64,000 nt of DNA from Tegillarca granosa (lineage: Eukaryota), in assembly GCA_029721355.1 (NCBI GenBank), contig CM056607.1:8339309-8403308 (forward strand). Reading direction: 5' to 3'. This document shows, piece after piece, positions 22,828 through 34,518 of this stretch. The notes beneath the pieces were generated by a model, which ran no database searches, was not told where the DNA came from, and was given only the letters and a program-made list of their open reading frames with translations. Position numbers and translations under genes: made by a program. Each line of letters starts with the position of its first letter. The first letter of the stretch is position 1.

Positions 22828-23248
22828 GTCAGTATTTAAGAATTGTGCTATAAAGTTGTGTTTTTATTTCTTCTACAATCTTTGTTCTCAAAAGCTCACT
22901 TATGATTTCAAAAACTTTCTTTTTCTAATTGTTCTAGATAAGAGTTTGACACCCTGACAAAAGTTGATGTCTTCCTCCTGGTAAAAATATAGATACATGT
23001 ATAGTGTCTACTTGGTGAAACTTGTGTATTTAGTTCTGAATGATATCATGTGATAACTGATAAACAAATGTCACCTTTGGTCTTTAAGCTTTACATTTGG
23101 TGAACCTCCCTTTTTAGATTGAATAATCTGTATAGACATAGAATATGTAAAACACAAATCTTGTTCATTGTTGTATTTTGATATTAGACTGAAAGAGGAA
23201 TTTAACTTCAATAACCATTTAAGTTAACAGTATACATATTTTTTACAG

Positions 23249-23340
23249 GGGAGGTTAAAGAGAAAGCCAAAGCTCATAAGGAGTACAAAGAGGCTGTTAG
23301 TAAAGGTCATGGTGCTTATCTGATGGATGAAGAAGAACCA
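23249..23340 (+). CDS. PARP4: PARP4-like exon 15 (VIT)
   Basis: ttttacag|GG.. ..GAACCA|gtaagt. GEVKEKAKAHKEYKEAVSKGHGAYLMDEEEP ~ human GEIKEKEEAQQEYLEAVTQGHGAYLMSQDAP. Confidence 0.85.
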
Positions 23341-23845
23341 GTAAGTAACATGTGTGTACACATACAATATAGTGCACTTACTCATACATGCATATGTATA
23401 CATATAAAATAATGAAAAATGAGACAAAAACAGAAATACTGTCAATCAGATTTTGTACATTTTGACAGAGTAAATGGTGAACATTTAAAAAATCTCAAAA
23501 GAGAGGGAAAGAGAGAAAAATGTAGCCAAAAGGTCCCATGAAAAATTAAAAATTCTTCTTTTGCTTGGCCTACTGGACCCCCAGTAGGGCTCAGTGCCTT
23601 TAGTGGCCCAACGACCATTTACCACTTTGTGCTTGTGCTTTTGAGGCTTGCAATATTTCATTAAAAAATCTCACCCCCCCCCTCATAAAAATAATGGTTT
23701 CGCCCCATTGTAGTGCTTAAAATGCATGCTGGTTTACATTGATAAAATACAGATCAAGATCAAGTTTGAATTTTAGTTTTTTATATGAACCAATTTTAAA
23801 AATTTGTCATTATCAGTGATGCCTCTTATTTTGATTGAATTTTAG

Positions 23846-24010
23846 GATGTTTTTACAGTGAGTGTTGGAAATCTTCCACCAAAGGCAGATGTACTTATCA
23901 AGATTACCTATATAACTGAACTACAGGTAGAGGGCGAAAATATCAGTTTTACAGTGCCATCTAGTGTTGCACCTTGGGTTAAAGATATGGCCTTAGCACA
24001 ACAAACTCAG
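23846..24010 (+). CDS. PARP4: PARP4-like exon 16 (VIT)
   Basis: aattttag|GAT.. ..ACTCAG|gtatgt. DVFTVSVGNLPPKADVLIKITYITELQVEGENISFTVPSSVAPWVKDMALAQQTQ ~ human DVFTVSVGNLPPKAKVLIKITYITELSILG..ATVAPW. Confidence 0.9.
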
Positions 24011-24580
24011 GTATGTTGTGTTCATTTGTTTTTGTTGTTGTAGTGTTTATTTTTATAATTAAATTTAAGGGTCAAGTCCATGCAGGGCCTTAAGCTCATC
24101 TGGTCTGTACTGCTTATCTTTTTATATTTATTGCATGAATTCATTGAGAGAAAAATGCTGTCTTTTTACTGGGGTGACACTCAGTCAAAAGGACTCAAAA
24201 TAACCAACATCAATTCTGCTTATACATTCATTTATCAGCAGGGACAAGTGAAGTTTATGTCTTTATGGACATTTTTCAATTTGGCATAGAGAGTAACATG
24301 ATAATGTAACAGATGTCATGGCTGATTTTCGTATTTGTAACACAAAACAGTTCATTTTGTTGATAAGAGCTGATAATTCAAAATGGAGGTTACTAGAGAT
24401 AGCAATAAGATTAAACAAAAGTCTTTTTATTTTCTATTTGTATGAGATATGTGTTGTACACTTTGTTTCCCAACTTTTGATTACTGCTAATGGCATCATT
24501 GCCAAAAAATATCTTTTTCATACTAAATAAATTTCTTATCGCTACATGCATATATTTTATAATTTTTGTCCTTTTTTAAG

Positions 24581-24703
24581 GATAATTTACAAACTTTGAA
24601 AATACATAACAGTAGCAGATGTGAAGTGTCGTTACATGTTTCTGTGGAAATGCCGTTTGATATTAGACGTTTATACTCACCTACACATGTCATCAAATAT
24701 AAG
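24581..24703 (+). CDS. PARP4: PARP4-like exon 17
   Basis: ctttttttaag|GAT.. ..TATAAG|gtaact. DNLQTLKIHNSSRCEVSLHVSVEMPFDIRRLYSPTHVIKYK ~ human KQSFSLTMSIEMPYVIEFIFSDTHELKQK. Confidence 0.75.
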
Positions 24704-25743
24704 GTAACTATGAGATGATGATAAACATTAATATATCTGAAATCATAAAATTCCAAGGTGTCCCAAGTCGAATTTACGTTAGGTCATTACATGTATTTAT
24801 CCATTTTGTACACACTGTTGTCAATGAATTCTCGTGTACATGTACATGTACCAATATTTCTTAAAGTCTATAGGTCCATGAATCTATTGTTTATCTCGGC
24901 CTCATTGACACAAAGTCCTAAAAGTAATTACTAGAACTTCTGTCAAAGTTTAGAGTTGTACCCACCATTACAATTAAAATTTTGACTGAAGAAGCCTCAA
25001 CATCATGGAATCATTTAAACATTTCTTTAATAATCATTTGTCACATATAGAATTAAGTGATTAGGGATATTAAAGGAAGTTGTATCTTCACCAAAAGTTT
25101 AAATCTCAGCATTCCTACCATTCCTTCCTTCGACTGGGTGTTCTGGGACAATCAATCTGGCTTAACCAACTATCTATTAATCCTGCAGTGGTTACTTCTT
25201 AGCAAAAGAAACGGTATTGTGTAGTTGTTTATTTTTGTGGAGTGCAAATTTTGGCATATTTTGGCAAAAGTATTAAAATCGCAAAATTCAAATTGTAAAA
25301 ATATTTTTATACCAGTCGATCAGTAGTAAGTCATTTTAGATCAGGAGAATAAATACGCTAAAATTGTCAATCAATCTTTTCTTGTCAAAATTGCCAAAAA
25401 TTTAGCCCTGCTATTTTTTAGCCTTATTTTTTGTATGCTAGTTTTCTAATTAGACTTAAATTTACCCATATAAAAATGACAGTTTTCATCAATTAGAATA
25501 AACAACTTTAAATAAACTTATATATAATGCATGCACTATAAAGCCAAATACTGTGTTTGAAATTTTTAAGGGTTTGAAGTACTTAACTGTTCTGCCTAAA
25601 GAAACTTTCATGATATACTGTTTTGCTACAAAAAACATTAAAAATAAACCTTTTTTGGCATATACATATGGTTTATTTTTTTTGTGGTAAATATGCTGAT
25701 TTTGTTTTACGATAAAGTTGTAATAATTATCTATCTATTCCAG

Positions 25744-25878
25744 AAAACTGCAACCAAAGCTGTACTACAATTACCAAAGAATGCACAACTAGATGAAGGT
25801 TTTCAGCTACTGATTATGTTGTCAGAAATACATGTACCCAGAATGTGGGTAGAAAGACATCCAGACAAAGATAGTCAG
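25744..25878 (+). CDS. PARP4: PARP4-like exon 18
   Basis: ctattccag|AAA.. ..AGTCAG|gtatca. KTATKAVLQLPKNAQLDEGFQLLIMLSEIHVPRMWVERHPDKDSQ ~ human ..SAAYLPRMWVEKHPEKESE. Confidence 0.8.
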
Positions 25879-26100
25879 GTATCACATCTGTTTGTGTCGG
25901 GGAGGGGACAAAAAGTTTTGGGTGTTAGGGGAATAAAATGGTAGAAAGACACCCAGACAAAGCTAGTCAGGTATGGCATCTGTTTATGTGTTGGGGGATG
26001 AAAAGTTATGGGTGTTAGAGGAATTAAATGGCAAAAGGACATCCAGACAAAGATTGTCACATATTACATCTGTTTGTTTGTTTGGGGGGGGAGGGTTGAA
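25850..26100 (+). repeat. ~85-bp unit x 3 comprising the exon-18 3' end + donor (GTAGAAAGACAYCCAGACAAAGMTAGTCAGGTATSRCATCTGTTT..GGGG..GTTAGGGGAATAAAATGG)
   Basis: Copy 1 is the real exon end (25850-25935). Copy 2 (25940-26025) retains GTCAG|GTATGG. Copy 3 (26028-26105) has GTCACATATT, so its donor is lost. Confidence 0.8.
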
Positions 26101-26329
26101 AGGTTGTGGGTGTTAGGGGAATTAAATGGTACAAAGAGGAGGGGGGTAGGACATGGCAGAAACAGGGATGGTGGTGTAGCTTCATTGGAATGAATATGGG
26201 TAGAGGCCACTTAGGTAGATAGCTATGACATTTGTTTGTGTGTGCGTGTGTGTGTGTGTGTGGGGGGGGGGGGTTTACATAAGAATTACAATTCATACAA
26301 ATTCAGACAAATAGTAAGAATTAATCCCC

Positions 26330-26910
26330 CATGGACATTTATGATTTTCTAGTATTTCATAGTTGTATTTTTTCCAGTATTTCATAGTTGTATTTTCCCT
26401 GTATTTCATAGTTGTATTTTCCCTGTATTTCATAGTTGTATTTTTCCCAGTATTTCATAGTTGTATTTTCCCTGTATTTCATAGTTGTATTTTCCCTGTA
26501 TTTCATAGTTGTATTTTTTTCCAGTTTTCCAGTAATTCATAGTTGTATTTTTCCCAGTATTTCATAGTTGTATTTTTTCCAGTATTTCATAGTTGTATTT
26601 TCCCTGTATTTCATAGTTGTATTTTCCCTGTATTTCATATTTGTTATTTCCCAGTATTTCATAGTTGTATTTTCCCTGTATTTCATAGTTGTATTTTCCC
26701 TGTATTTCATAGTTGTATTTTTTTCCAGTTTTCCAGTATTTCATAGTTGTATTTTTCCCAGTATTTCATAGTTGTATTTTCCCTGTATTTCATAGTTGTA
26801 TTTTTCCCTGTATTTTATAGTTGTATTTTTTTCCAGTATTTCATAGTTGTATTTTCCCTGTATTTCATAGTTGTATTTTTTACAGTATTTCGTAGTTGTA
26901 TTTTTAGGAC
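26330..26910 (+). repeat. 24-27-bp minisatellite x ~22 (GTATTTCATAGTTGTATTTTCCCT) in PARP4 intron 18, ending 25 bp before the exon-19 acceptor
   Basis: Direct reading; ORFs 26543-26959 (both strands) are artefacts of it. Confidence 0.9.
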
Positions 26911-26933
26911 ATTATTATTTAACTATTTTACAG

Positions 26934-27053
26934 GCCTGTATGGTGTCTTTTTATCCTGAGTTTGAAGCAGATACAGATGAAGAAGCAGAAGTTATATTTC
27001 TATTAGATATGTCTAATTCTATGTCAGGCCAGGCTGTTTTAGATGCCAAAAAG
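26934..27053 (+). CDS. PARP4: PARP4-like exon 19 (VWA domain start, D-x-S-x-S MIDAS)
   Basis: attttacag|GCC.. ..AAAAAG|gtaaaa. ACMVSFYPEFEADTDEEAEVIFLLDMSNSMSGQAVLDAKK ~ human ACMLVFQPDLD..EVIICLDCSSSMEGVTFLQAKQ. Confidence 0.85.
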
Positions 27054-27647
27054 GTAAAATATATTACCTCACATGAAGTAATTATTATACAGTGTAACCC
27101 CTTTTTCGGTTTGAGTGATTAAGTCACTGTGTATTATTGTTTAAAGCTGCCTCAGCATTATTTCTGCTATTCAAGGCTATCTGGTTTGAAGTCTCCTTTA
27201 TTCACCCGTTTTCATTTGATGATTTATATCAGTCTAGTAGTTCTGTAGATATATGAATTATTTCAGAGTTTTATTTATGTTATCATTATCCAGATGTATG
27301 TCAATGATAGTTTTGAATTTTCTATGCTAGATATCATAATATTACTTTAAGCCTTATCCAAGGTACAAGATGTAGATCCTGTTTTGCTGTACATGTATCT
27401 CAAAAATATAATTTTTGGGTTATTTACGACTTGAACCAGGCTTTAGTTCAGATTTCAAGTGAGATTTTTGTTAATTATTAACATATCAGTGTGACTGAAC
27501 CACAAATTCAAAATGTTGTGAACCAATTCTTACAAAAAGTGCCACAAAAATAACAAATAGATAGGCCTATTGTAAGAATTCATCTTCTAGATTTTTAATT
27601 TCATTATTATTATTATTACTTTTATTATTATTGTTATTATTATATAG

Positions 27648-27788
27648 GTTTTGTTGCTGGCACTAGAACAATTGTCAGAGAAAGCTGTATTTAACATTGT
27701 GATGTTTGGAACATCTTTTAAAGAATTGTTTCCAGCTCCACAGAAAAAATCAAAATTAACAGAAGAAAAAGCCGACAAATTTATACAG
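27648..27788 (+). CDS. PARP4: PARP4-like exon 20 (VWA)
   Basis: tatatag|GTT.. ..ATACAG|gtatgt. VLLLALEQLSEKAVFNIVMFGTSFKELFPAPQKKSKLTEEKADKFIQ ~ human IALHALSLVGEKQKVNIIQFGTGYKELFSYPK. Confidence 0.8.
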
Positions 27789-28254
27789 GTATGTGATGTT
27801 TTGTGTATTTGATCTTGATCAGTTTAAAATTTTTGCCCAGCTTTTAGAGTTGTAAAGTGGTTATCCAGGTTTAAGTAATGTAAATAACCACCCCAACACC
27901 CTACTCCCTGGGTTATACCCAGGATATTTGCTGCTCTTTTACATGGAAACTTGGTGAACTTGACCAGCAAAAAGCTACTTGCCTTGATGGAAGTCATATT
28001 ATATAGCCAAGCTGGTGTTGAACTCATAACTCTTGAATCATGTGTCCTTGGCCTTAATCAATTATCCTCATTATAGTAGTAAAAATATTCTTTAGATTTT
28101 TAAAATATTTATTTATTTATTTATTTATTTTATTTAATTTATTTATTTATTTATTTCATTTCATTGTTTTGTCTTGTTTCGTTTTGTTTTATTTTATTTT
28201 TATTTTTTTTTTTTTTCATGTTTAATATTGTTTGTTATCTAAATGTATTTATAG

Positions 28255-28442
28255 ACAGCCAGTCCTAACATGGGTTGTAGTAATGCCTGGTCTCCATTAC
28301 ACTCCTTGTTTTTATTGTCACCACTAGAGGGCAGTAGAAGTATATTCCTAATATCAGATGGATTTTTAAACAACAAGGATATATTGATCACATCCAGCAG
28401 GAAATTTACAAGCAAAAACAGATTATTTGTTCTTGGAGTAGG
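28255..28442 (+). CDS. PARP4: PARP4-like exon 21 (VWA)
   Basis: gtatttatag|ACA.. ..GAGTAGG|gtaagt. TASPNMGCSNAWSPLHSLFLLSPLEGSRSIFLISDGFLNNKDILITSSRKFTSKNRLFVLGV ~ human TPTMGNTDFWKTLRYLSLLYPARGSRNILLVSDGHLQDESLTLQLVKRSRPHTRLFACGI. Confidence 0.8.
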
Positions 28443-28857
28443 GTAAGTGGTTAGTCATTTATATGGTAATATTCATTTGGCATATGCTTATTCTGGTTTC
28501 AGTAAATTGAAGCAACTGAAAATTCTAGACTCTCTCTTTCTTTCTGAACTTTGTAACTGTAATATTGTTTGTTGTATATAAATATAAATTTTGAAGCATA
28601 ATTTTATTTATTTTATCCAAAATCATGATCTAGATAAATTATTCTCTCCGTCTTAAGAATCAAATGTTACCATGGCAACATTAAGAGTTGCTTTACCTTT
28701 GTTGTTACTAGAAATAAGTTACAGAGAGCTTGTTTGAATTATTTTTTTTCATATTTAGGATATGAGCATGTAATAAGCTTTTAATTTTCATATTTAATAT
28801 TCTTATGTCCATAAGGATTTATGTATGAGCAGATTTTACATTAATTGGCTAAATTTT

Positions 28858-29045
28858 GGGATACAGACCTCATTGCCTTTCGCTGTTTGGGTTCAAATCC
28901 AACTAAGGCAGATTCTAGTATGAGAGAGTTTGTCAGTTTGTTTGTTGAAGGGTGGTATTTTTTCTGGGCATTCCTGTTTTCTCCACCATTCTAGAACTGA
29001 CTTTTAAAGTAAAAAGAATCTTGACCAAGGTGTTAAACACTCTAT
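28858..29045 (+). mobile_element. tRNA-derived SINE family A copy A7 (plus orientation)
   Basis: ..gggttcaaatccaactaaggcagattctagtatgagagagtttgtcag..ccaccattctagaactgac..aagaatcttgaccaaggtgttaaacac. Confidence 0.5.
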
Positions 29046-29336
29046 TGTTAAAGGAAATCTTAATATAATGTGATCAGGTTACTGCTTACAATGTCTGTAA
29101 CAAAATGTTATCCTGGGACATTTTTAATTTTCCTTTTCTTAAGAGTATTTTTGATTTATTTGGTAGGCATAACAGAATTTTATGCCCAAGGGTAGATTAT
29201 TTAATTTATATTGAGATGGTCAGTTTTAGAATGGTACAGGAAACTGGAATAAACACAACTATCTTTCAGCAAGATCTCTAACTTACCCAATGGGATTCAA
29301 CCTTTGACAGAGGTACCATCATTTGTAACATGATTT

Positions 29337-30510
29337 TAGACCAAAAGGTCATATGAGCTTATGGCATGGCGTGGCATGTGTATGTGCATGCATGTGTGCA
29401 TTGTTAACACCTATTTTCAACTTCTCCTCCAAAACTGCTGGACAGATTTCAATGATACTTAGTCAGAAGCATATATGGGCCGGTGCAATTCAGATTTGTT
29501 CAAAACTAGGTCAAGGTGACCTAGGGGCCAAAAATCTTAAAAAAAAACTTCTTCTCCCAAACCGATGATGGGAGAAAAAATTTGATGTGATATTTGGCTT
29601 CTCTAGGGTCTTAAGCCTATAGTTTGTTTATTTCTTGAAATTAGGTCGAAAATCGGGTTACGGTACACGTTTTTGCATTTAATTTTAAAAATGGCTTCAA
29701 ATTGTTATAACTTGACTATTTGAACAGATAATGACATGAGGTTTTCAGTTTTGACTTTTTCTTGAAATGACCTTTAAATTAGGGCCAAGGTCACAAATCA
29801 AGGTCATGACCTAATTTATGATTTATGCAGTTTTAGGCAATTTTATTGCAAATATTAAGAGATATATGATTTCAAAACATTGTTAAAATGTTCAGCATGA
29901 CAAAATTTAAAAAGGTACAAAGTTTCATAACTATATGATAATCCATGTAGGAGTTGTTGCCCCTGAAATGTTACTTTTGGCTTATAAATACTAAAATTGT
30001 GCATTAGCTTGAAAACTTTAATTTTTTTTGTATAGGCATGTATATTAGAATATTGTAGGTATTGTAACAACGATCATTTTGATATATAGTTCAAGGTCTT
30101 ATGGTCAAAGGTCAAGATAACAGCTGCAAAAAAAGACTTAAATTGCTAATTATCTTGAATACTGTTAACTTTTTGTACAAGCATGTATATTAGAATATTG
30201 TAAGTATTGACATGAAGATCTTATATAGTTCAAGATCATATGTGTTCAAAGGTCAGGGACATAGCTGCATAAGTATACTGAAATTTGTTAATGATTTGGA
30301 AATTATTCATTGCACTACAGTTACTTCATGCATATTATATAAGATACGTATAAATGAAATGTGACTGGATATATTTCTGATTAAGTTTTGTGGGAGTTCT
30401 TAACTTGAGAAAACTTGTAAAGTTTCTGTACTTAATATATTGTCTATTGCATTTTGCAAACAATTTTTTACATATCCTCAGGTGAGCGTTAAGGCTCATG
30501 AGCCTCTTGT
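29337..30510 (+). mobile_element. Helentron-like non-autonomous element copy T1 (5'-variant), carrying internal ~140-150-bp satellite monomers; PARP4 intron 21
   Basis: Shares the body (..ggtcatatgagcttatggcatggcg.., GT-rich tract, ..ttctcctccaaaactg..cagatttcaatgatactt..) and the 3' end CCTCAGGTGAGCGTTAAGGCTCATGAGCCTCTTGT with T2-T5. Confidence 0.5.
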
Positions 30511-30676
30511 TTCATAAATTTCTGGAAAAAACATTGTTGTGAACTGATTTTACTTAGACTGGTTACTGATATGCAACTTTATTGTTATTGATAAAATACA
30601 GGTCAAGTTTGAGTTTTAGTTTTGATTGTTTAGTGATACTGTTGCTCTGAAGTTAATACAATTTAATGATTTCCAG

Positions 30677-30776
30677 GTCTACAGTCAATCAACATTTATT
30701 ACGCAAGATGGCATCATGTGGAGGAGGTACCTATGAGTACTATAATTACAAAACTAGATCTAACTGGGAACAGAAG
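30677..30776 (+). CDS. PARP4: PARP4-like exon 22
   Basis: tgatttccag|GTC.. ..CAGAAG|gtaata. GSTVNQHLLRKMASCGGGTYEYYNYKTRSNWEQK ~ human GSTANRHVLRILSQCGAGVFEYFNAKSKHSWRKQ. Confidence 0.85.
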
Positions 30777-31075
30777 GTAATATAAATCAGTTACATCTAC
30801 CTAAATCTTTAATACAGTATGATGTAATATAAATGTTCCATATTCATATATATACATAAGAATGAAAAAATTTCCCAGATTATAACATATTTTTATGTAA
30901 ACCATCAAATTAATTAACTTTATACAATGTGTTAACTTTACAAAATCAGCCCAACAATTAATGATATTTTACAATAAACTAAGATAGTCTGACAATCATC
31001 TAGTGTTACTAATGGTTACCTGCCATACATAATGTATGAAATAGCAAAATGCTCATATCAAGTTTGCTGGGAAAC

Positions 31076-31150
31076 TTCATTCATTCATTCATTCATTCAT
31101 TCATTCATTCATTCATTCATTCATTATTTATTTATTTATTTATTTTTGTG
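31076..31150. repeat. (CATT)13(ATTT)4 microsatellite, 15 bp upstream of exon 23
   Basis: Direct reading. Confidence 0.95.
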
Positions 31151-31164
31151 ATCTTTATATATAG

Positions 31165-31335
31165 GTGAAATCACAGGTAGAGAAAGCTTGTCAGCCAGGT
31201 ATATCTGGTGTTAATGTACAATGGCAGCAGTATACAGACAGTGTGGCTAGGCCAATACAAGCACCTGCTTACATACCAAGCTTGTTTAATGGTTGTAGAC
31301 AAATTGTTTATGGATTTGTACCCAACTGTACACAG
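31165..31335 (+). CDS. PARP4: PARP4-like exon 23
   Basis: tatatatag|GTG.. ..ACACAG|gtaaat. VKSQVEKACQPGISGVNVQWQQYTDSVARPIQAPAYIPSLFNGCRQIVYGFVPNCTQ ~ human IEDQMTRLCSPSCHSVSVKWQQ..QAPAQVPSLFLNDRLLVYGFIPHCTQ. Confidence 0.85.
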
Positions 31336-32193
31336 GTAAATAATTACATCACAGGTAAAATGTCAGTAGTAAATAAGGAGTTTCAGGTTAGGATGAGTTT
31401 AGTTGAGTAGAAGAATACTGATGTTTTGTTGCCAAGTCAGAATTCTTTAACTTATATTGAGAAAGTCAGTTCTGAGATGGTGGAGGAATCTGAAGTGCCT
31501 GGAAAATACATGTATAACAAATGAATGAACAAACTTTCTCAAACTAGGATCTGCTAAAGTTGGATTTGAATTTAAGCTGTAAGAGGCACTTTGATCAGTA
31601 ATTGTGTTCTATAAATTACTCAGCTATTGGTGTCCCAGATTTATATAAAAATGTGTGCAAAGATCGTTACCGTTTTGATTTGTGGATATATTTAGGTTTC
31701 TCTCAATCGTAAATATGTTAATGTTAAATGACTTTCAATTAAAGTTTGTATGCAAATTTCTTTTTAAGACTTTTAGTCAGCAAACTGATGTTAAAATAAA
31801 TTGCAAAATGTTTCTTTGTTATTTTGTTTTTATTTCAAATCTGAATTAAAAAATTGCCAAATTATTATTTGAAGCACATATTTTTTTTTTCATCTTTTCA
31901 AATATGATAAATACATGTAGTACTCTTTAAAGTCAAAGTCAGTATTGCTTTCATTTAAGTCTCAAAACTATAGCTTTGAATTCTTAGCTTTTATTTCTTT
32001 TCTAAGATATTGAATGACTGCTAATACCTTCACTTTTTCAAGAAAGTTTAATTTGATCCAAAGGGGTCAAATGAAGTTTAGAAGGGGTCAAATGGGGTAT
32101 AGGTCAAAATCAAAGTCATTACACATTAAGTTATCACTTTTCTAAAGTTTTGTTTTACATACCTATCATAGCTTTGTCTTTTTTCATATGTAG

Positions 32194-32274
32194 GCCGAGC
32201 TAAAAGCAATGGTAGATGGTCAAGAATTCAGTACAACTGTATCTACAGCAGAATTAAACATTACAAGTGGAAAG
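32194..32274 (+). CDS. PARP4: PARP4-like exon 24
   Basis: tcatatgtag|GCC.. ..GGAAAG|gtaaac. AELKAMVDGQEFSTTVSTAELNITSGK ~ human ATLCALIQEKEFRTMVSTTELQKTTGT. Confidence 0.8.
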
Positions 32275-32318
32275 GTAAACTTTTATTTTAATAAAATCAT
32301 TCTAAATAAAAGTGTTAT

Positions 32319-33250
32319 TAGTCCCCTACCAGCGAAAACCGAAGGGGACTTTAAGTTTGCGCTCCGTCCATCCCTCCATCCATCCCTTCGTCCATCTGTC
32401 ACACCTCAGTTTTCCACACTTATTTTCTAAAATCTTTTAGATAATGAACTGATTTTTAATATGTGAGTCTACCATGATAAGTTGCAGATCAAGTTAGCAT
32501 TTCATTCTGGTCCGCAAATTTTTACACGAGTTATGGCCCTTTGAACTTTGAAAATTCACTGAAATTTCAGTTTTCCGCTCTTTTTTTCTAAATGCTTTTA
32601 GATAATGAACTGAATTTTGGTATATGAGTCTACCATGATGAGTTACAGATCAAGTTTACGTTTCGTTTCCATCTGCTAATTTTTACCGGAGTTATGGCTC
32701 TTTGATCTTTAAAAATTCACAGAAATTTTAGTTTTCTGCACTTTTTTCTACACGCTTGCAGAAATGGAACTAATGTTTGGTATGTGACTACCATGATGAG
32801 TTACAGATCAAGTTTATGTTTCGTTTCCATCTGCTAATTTTAACGGGAGTTATGGCCCTTTGAACTTTGAAAATTCAATGAAATTTAAGTTTTTTGCACT
32901 TTTTTCTACATGCTTGCAGATAATGAATTGTTTTTTTTTGGTATATGAGTCTACCATGATGAGTTACAGATCAAGTTTACGTTTTCATTTTTGTCCGCTA
33001 ATTAGGGCCCCCTCAACAGGCGATGGCTCTATAGTAATCAGTCTGTCCATGCGTCCATCTGTCCATAGCAGAATCAGTTTTCCGCAAGTATATGAGTCAG
33101 GTATGATGACTTACAATTCAAGTTTACGTTTCATTCCGCTCCGCCAATTTTTGACCAAGTTATGACCCTTGGACTTTGAAAATTTCCTGTTGACTGTACA
33201 TTTTACCTAAAACTTTGGGATTAGTGAAATATGCGACCCGTAGGGGACTA
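32319..33250. mobile_element. TIR-bounded MITE-like element (11-bp TIR TAGTCCCCTAC / GTAGGGGACTA, TA-flanked) carrying a ~140-bp x 5 internal tandem array; starts 45 bp after the exon-24 donor
   Basis: Left end ttaTAGTCCCCTACcagcgaaaaccgaaGGGGACT (itself a hairpin) and right end gcgacccGTAGGGGACTAtg. Internal repeats ..ctaaatgcttttagataatgaactga..tatgagtctaccatgatgagttacagatcaagtttacgtttc.. Confidence 0.5.
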
Positions 33251-33886
33251 TGTATTGTTTTGCAATACTCTCAGAATGCTTGTTCATTGTTAATATACAA
33301 TAAAACCTTGTTTTAAATGCCCCTAGGTAAGTTAGCTTGCTTGCTTTTTGCCACATTAAAGTCCAAAATAACTATTGTTCTATGTTTTTCTTAATAAGCC
33401 TTACTCAATTTTTTCCCAAATACCTTTATGATGTCAAAATTTGACTGAACAAATGTTGGCAATAAGTCAAGGTTTTACATATTTATGGTAATACAGGTGT
33501 TTTTAAATAGGTTGGGCACATCATGTATGTAGGTGTATTTATCTTTGTTAAAAGAATTTCTCAACAGGAATTTTTATATAAATAAACATTTTTTAAAACT
33601 ACAAAGTAATAATCACATCAATTTAGATAACTTGAATTAACCTAAAACTTGTTTGAATGTAGTTTTTTAAAAAAGGCAAAATTTAAATTCCTGATTTATT
33701 CATGGAAATTCTTTTAAATTGGAGAATCTGGAAAATAAAAGAAATCAACCCCATAGTTGAGATTTCTATTTCTCCACTAAAAAAGTACATGGTAGGTTCT
33801 GTTTGCATTTTTAAAGGTGTTTCAGTGATTTTATTTTATGATTAAATTTTTATCGGCTTTTGTTAAAATTTCCAACTTTTTTATAG

Positions 33887-33967
33887 ATGTTACATCAATT
33901 GACAGCCAGAGCCGTTATCAGAGATTATGAGAATGGAATTCTTGATGACGACAACATACAGCAACAG
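33887..33967 (+). CDS. PARP4: PARP4-like exon 25
   Basis: ttttttatag|ATG.. ..CAACAG|gttaga. MLHQLTARAVIRDYENGILDDDNIQQQ ~ human MIHKLAARALIRDYEDGILHENE. Confidence 0.8.
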
Positions 33968-34416
33968 GTTAGAGTAGAGTTTTATTATGTTCTCTAAATT
34001 TTTAAGTAATTTGTAGGTATCAAAATGGTAATGCAATAAAGTGTATTGTAGTTTTTACAGTGACTGACTGGATAAATGAACCAGAGATGATAAGCTATTT
34101 TGTTTACATTTTAAGGCATGGTTCTTGTCTATCCAAAAAATTTTCAGAACTCTCTCTATAAATTTATTAAAAATCTCAAGCTTGTGTAAAAATTAACTGA
34201 TTGATTTAAAAATAGATGAATGAATTTATTTTATATACATGTACCTCTAAGGATTCTATAACATATTGATGTATTTTCCATGTGAGCTAGCTGTATGTGA
34301 AGTTGAATAAAAATATTTTTGAAAATTAAAAGATTCCTCTACTTATTGTTCAACATTAAATAATTGGGTATACCTACATGCATGATATATAATCTTTTAT
34401 TTATCTTTTTTTCTAG

Positions 34417-34518
34417 ATTTTAAAAATAAAGAGAAAACAGTACATTATTAATTTGAGTACCCAGTATTCCATTGTGACACCATATACAAGTTTCGTAGCT
34501 ATCGAAGAAAGGTCAAAG
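34417..34518 (+). CDS. PARP4: PARP4-like exon 26
   Basis: tttttctag|ATT.. ..TCAAAG|gtcagt (donor chosen so the next exon stays in frame). ILKIKRKQYIINLSTQYSIVTPYTSFVAIEERSK ~ human TLKSLIIKLSKENSLITQFTSFVAVEKR. Confidence 0.75.
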
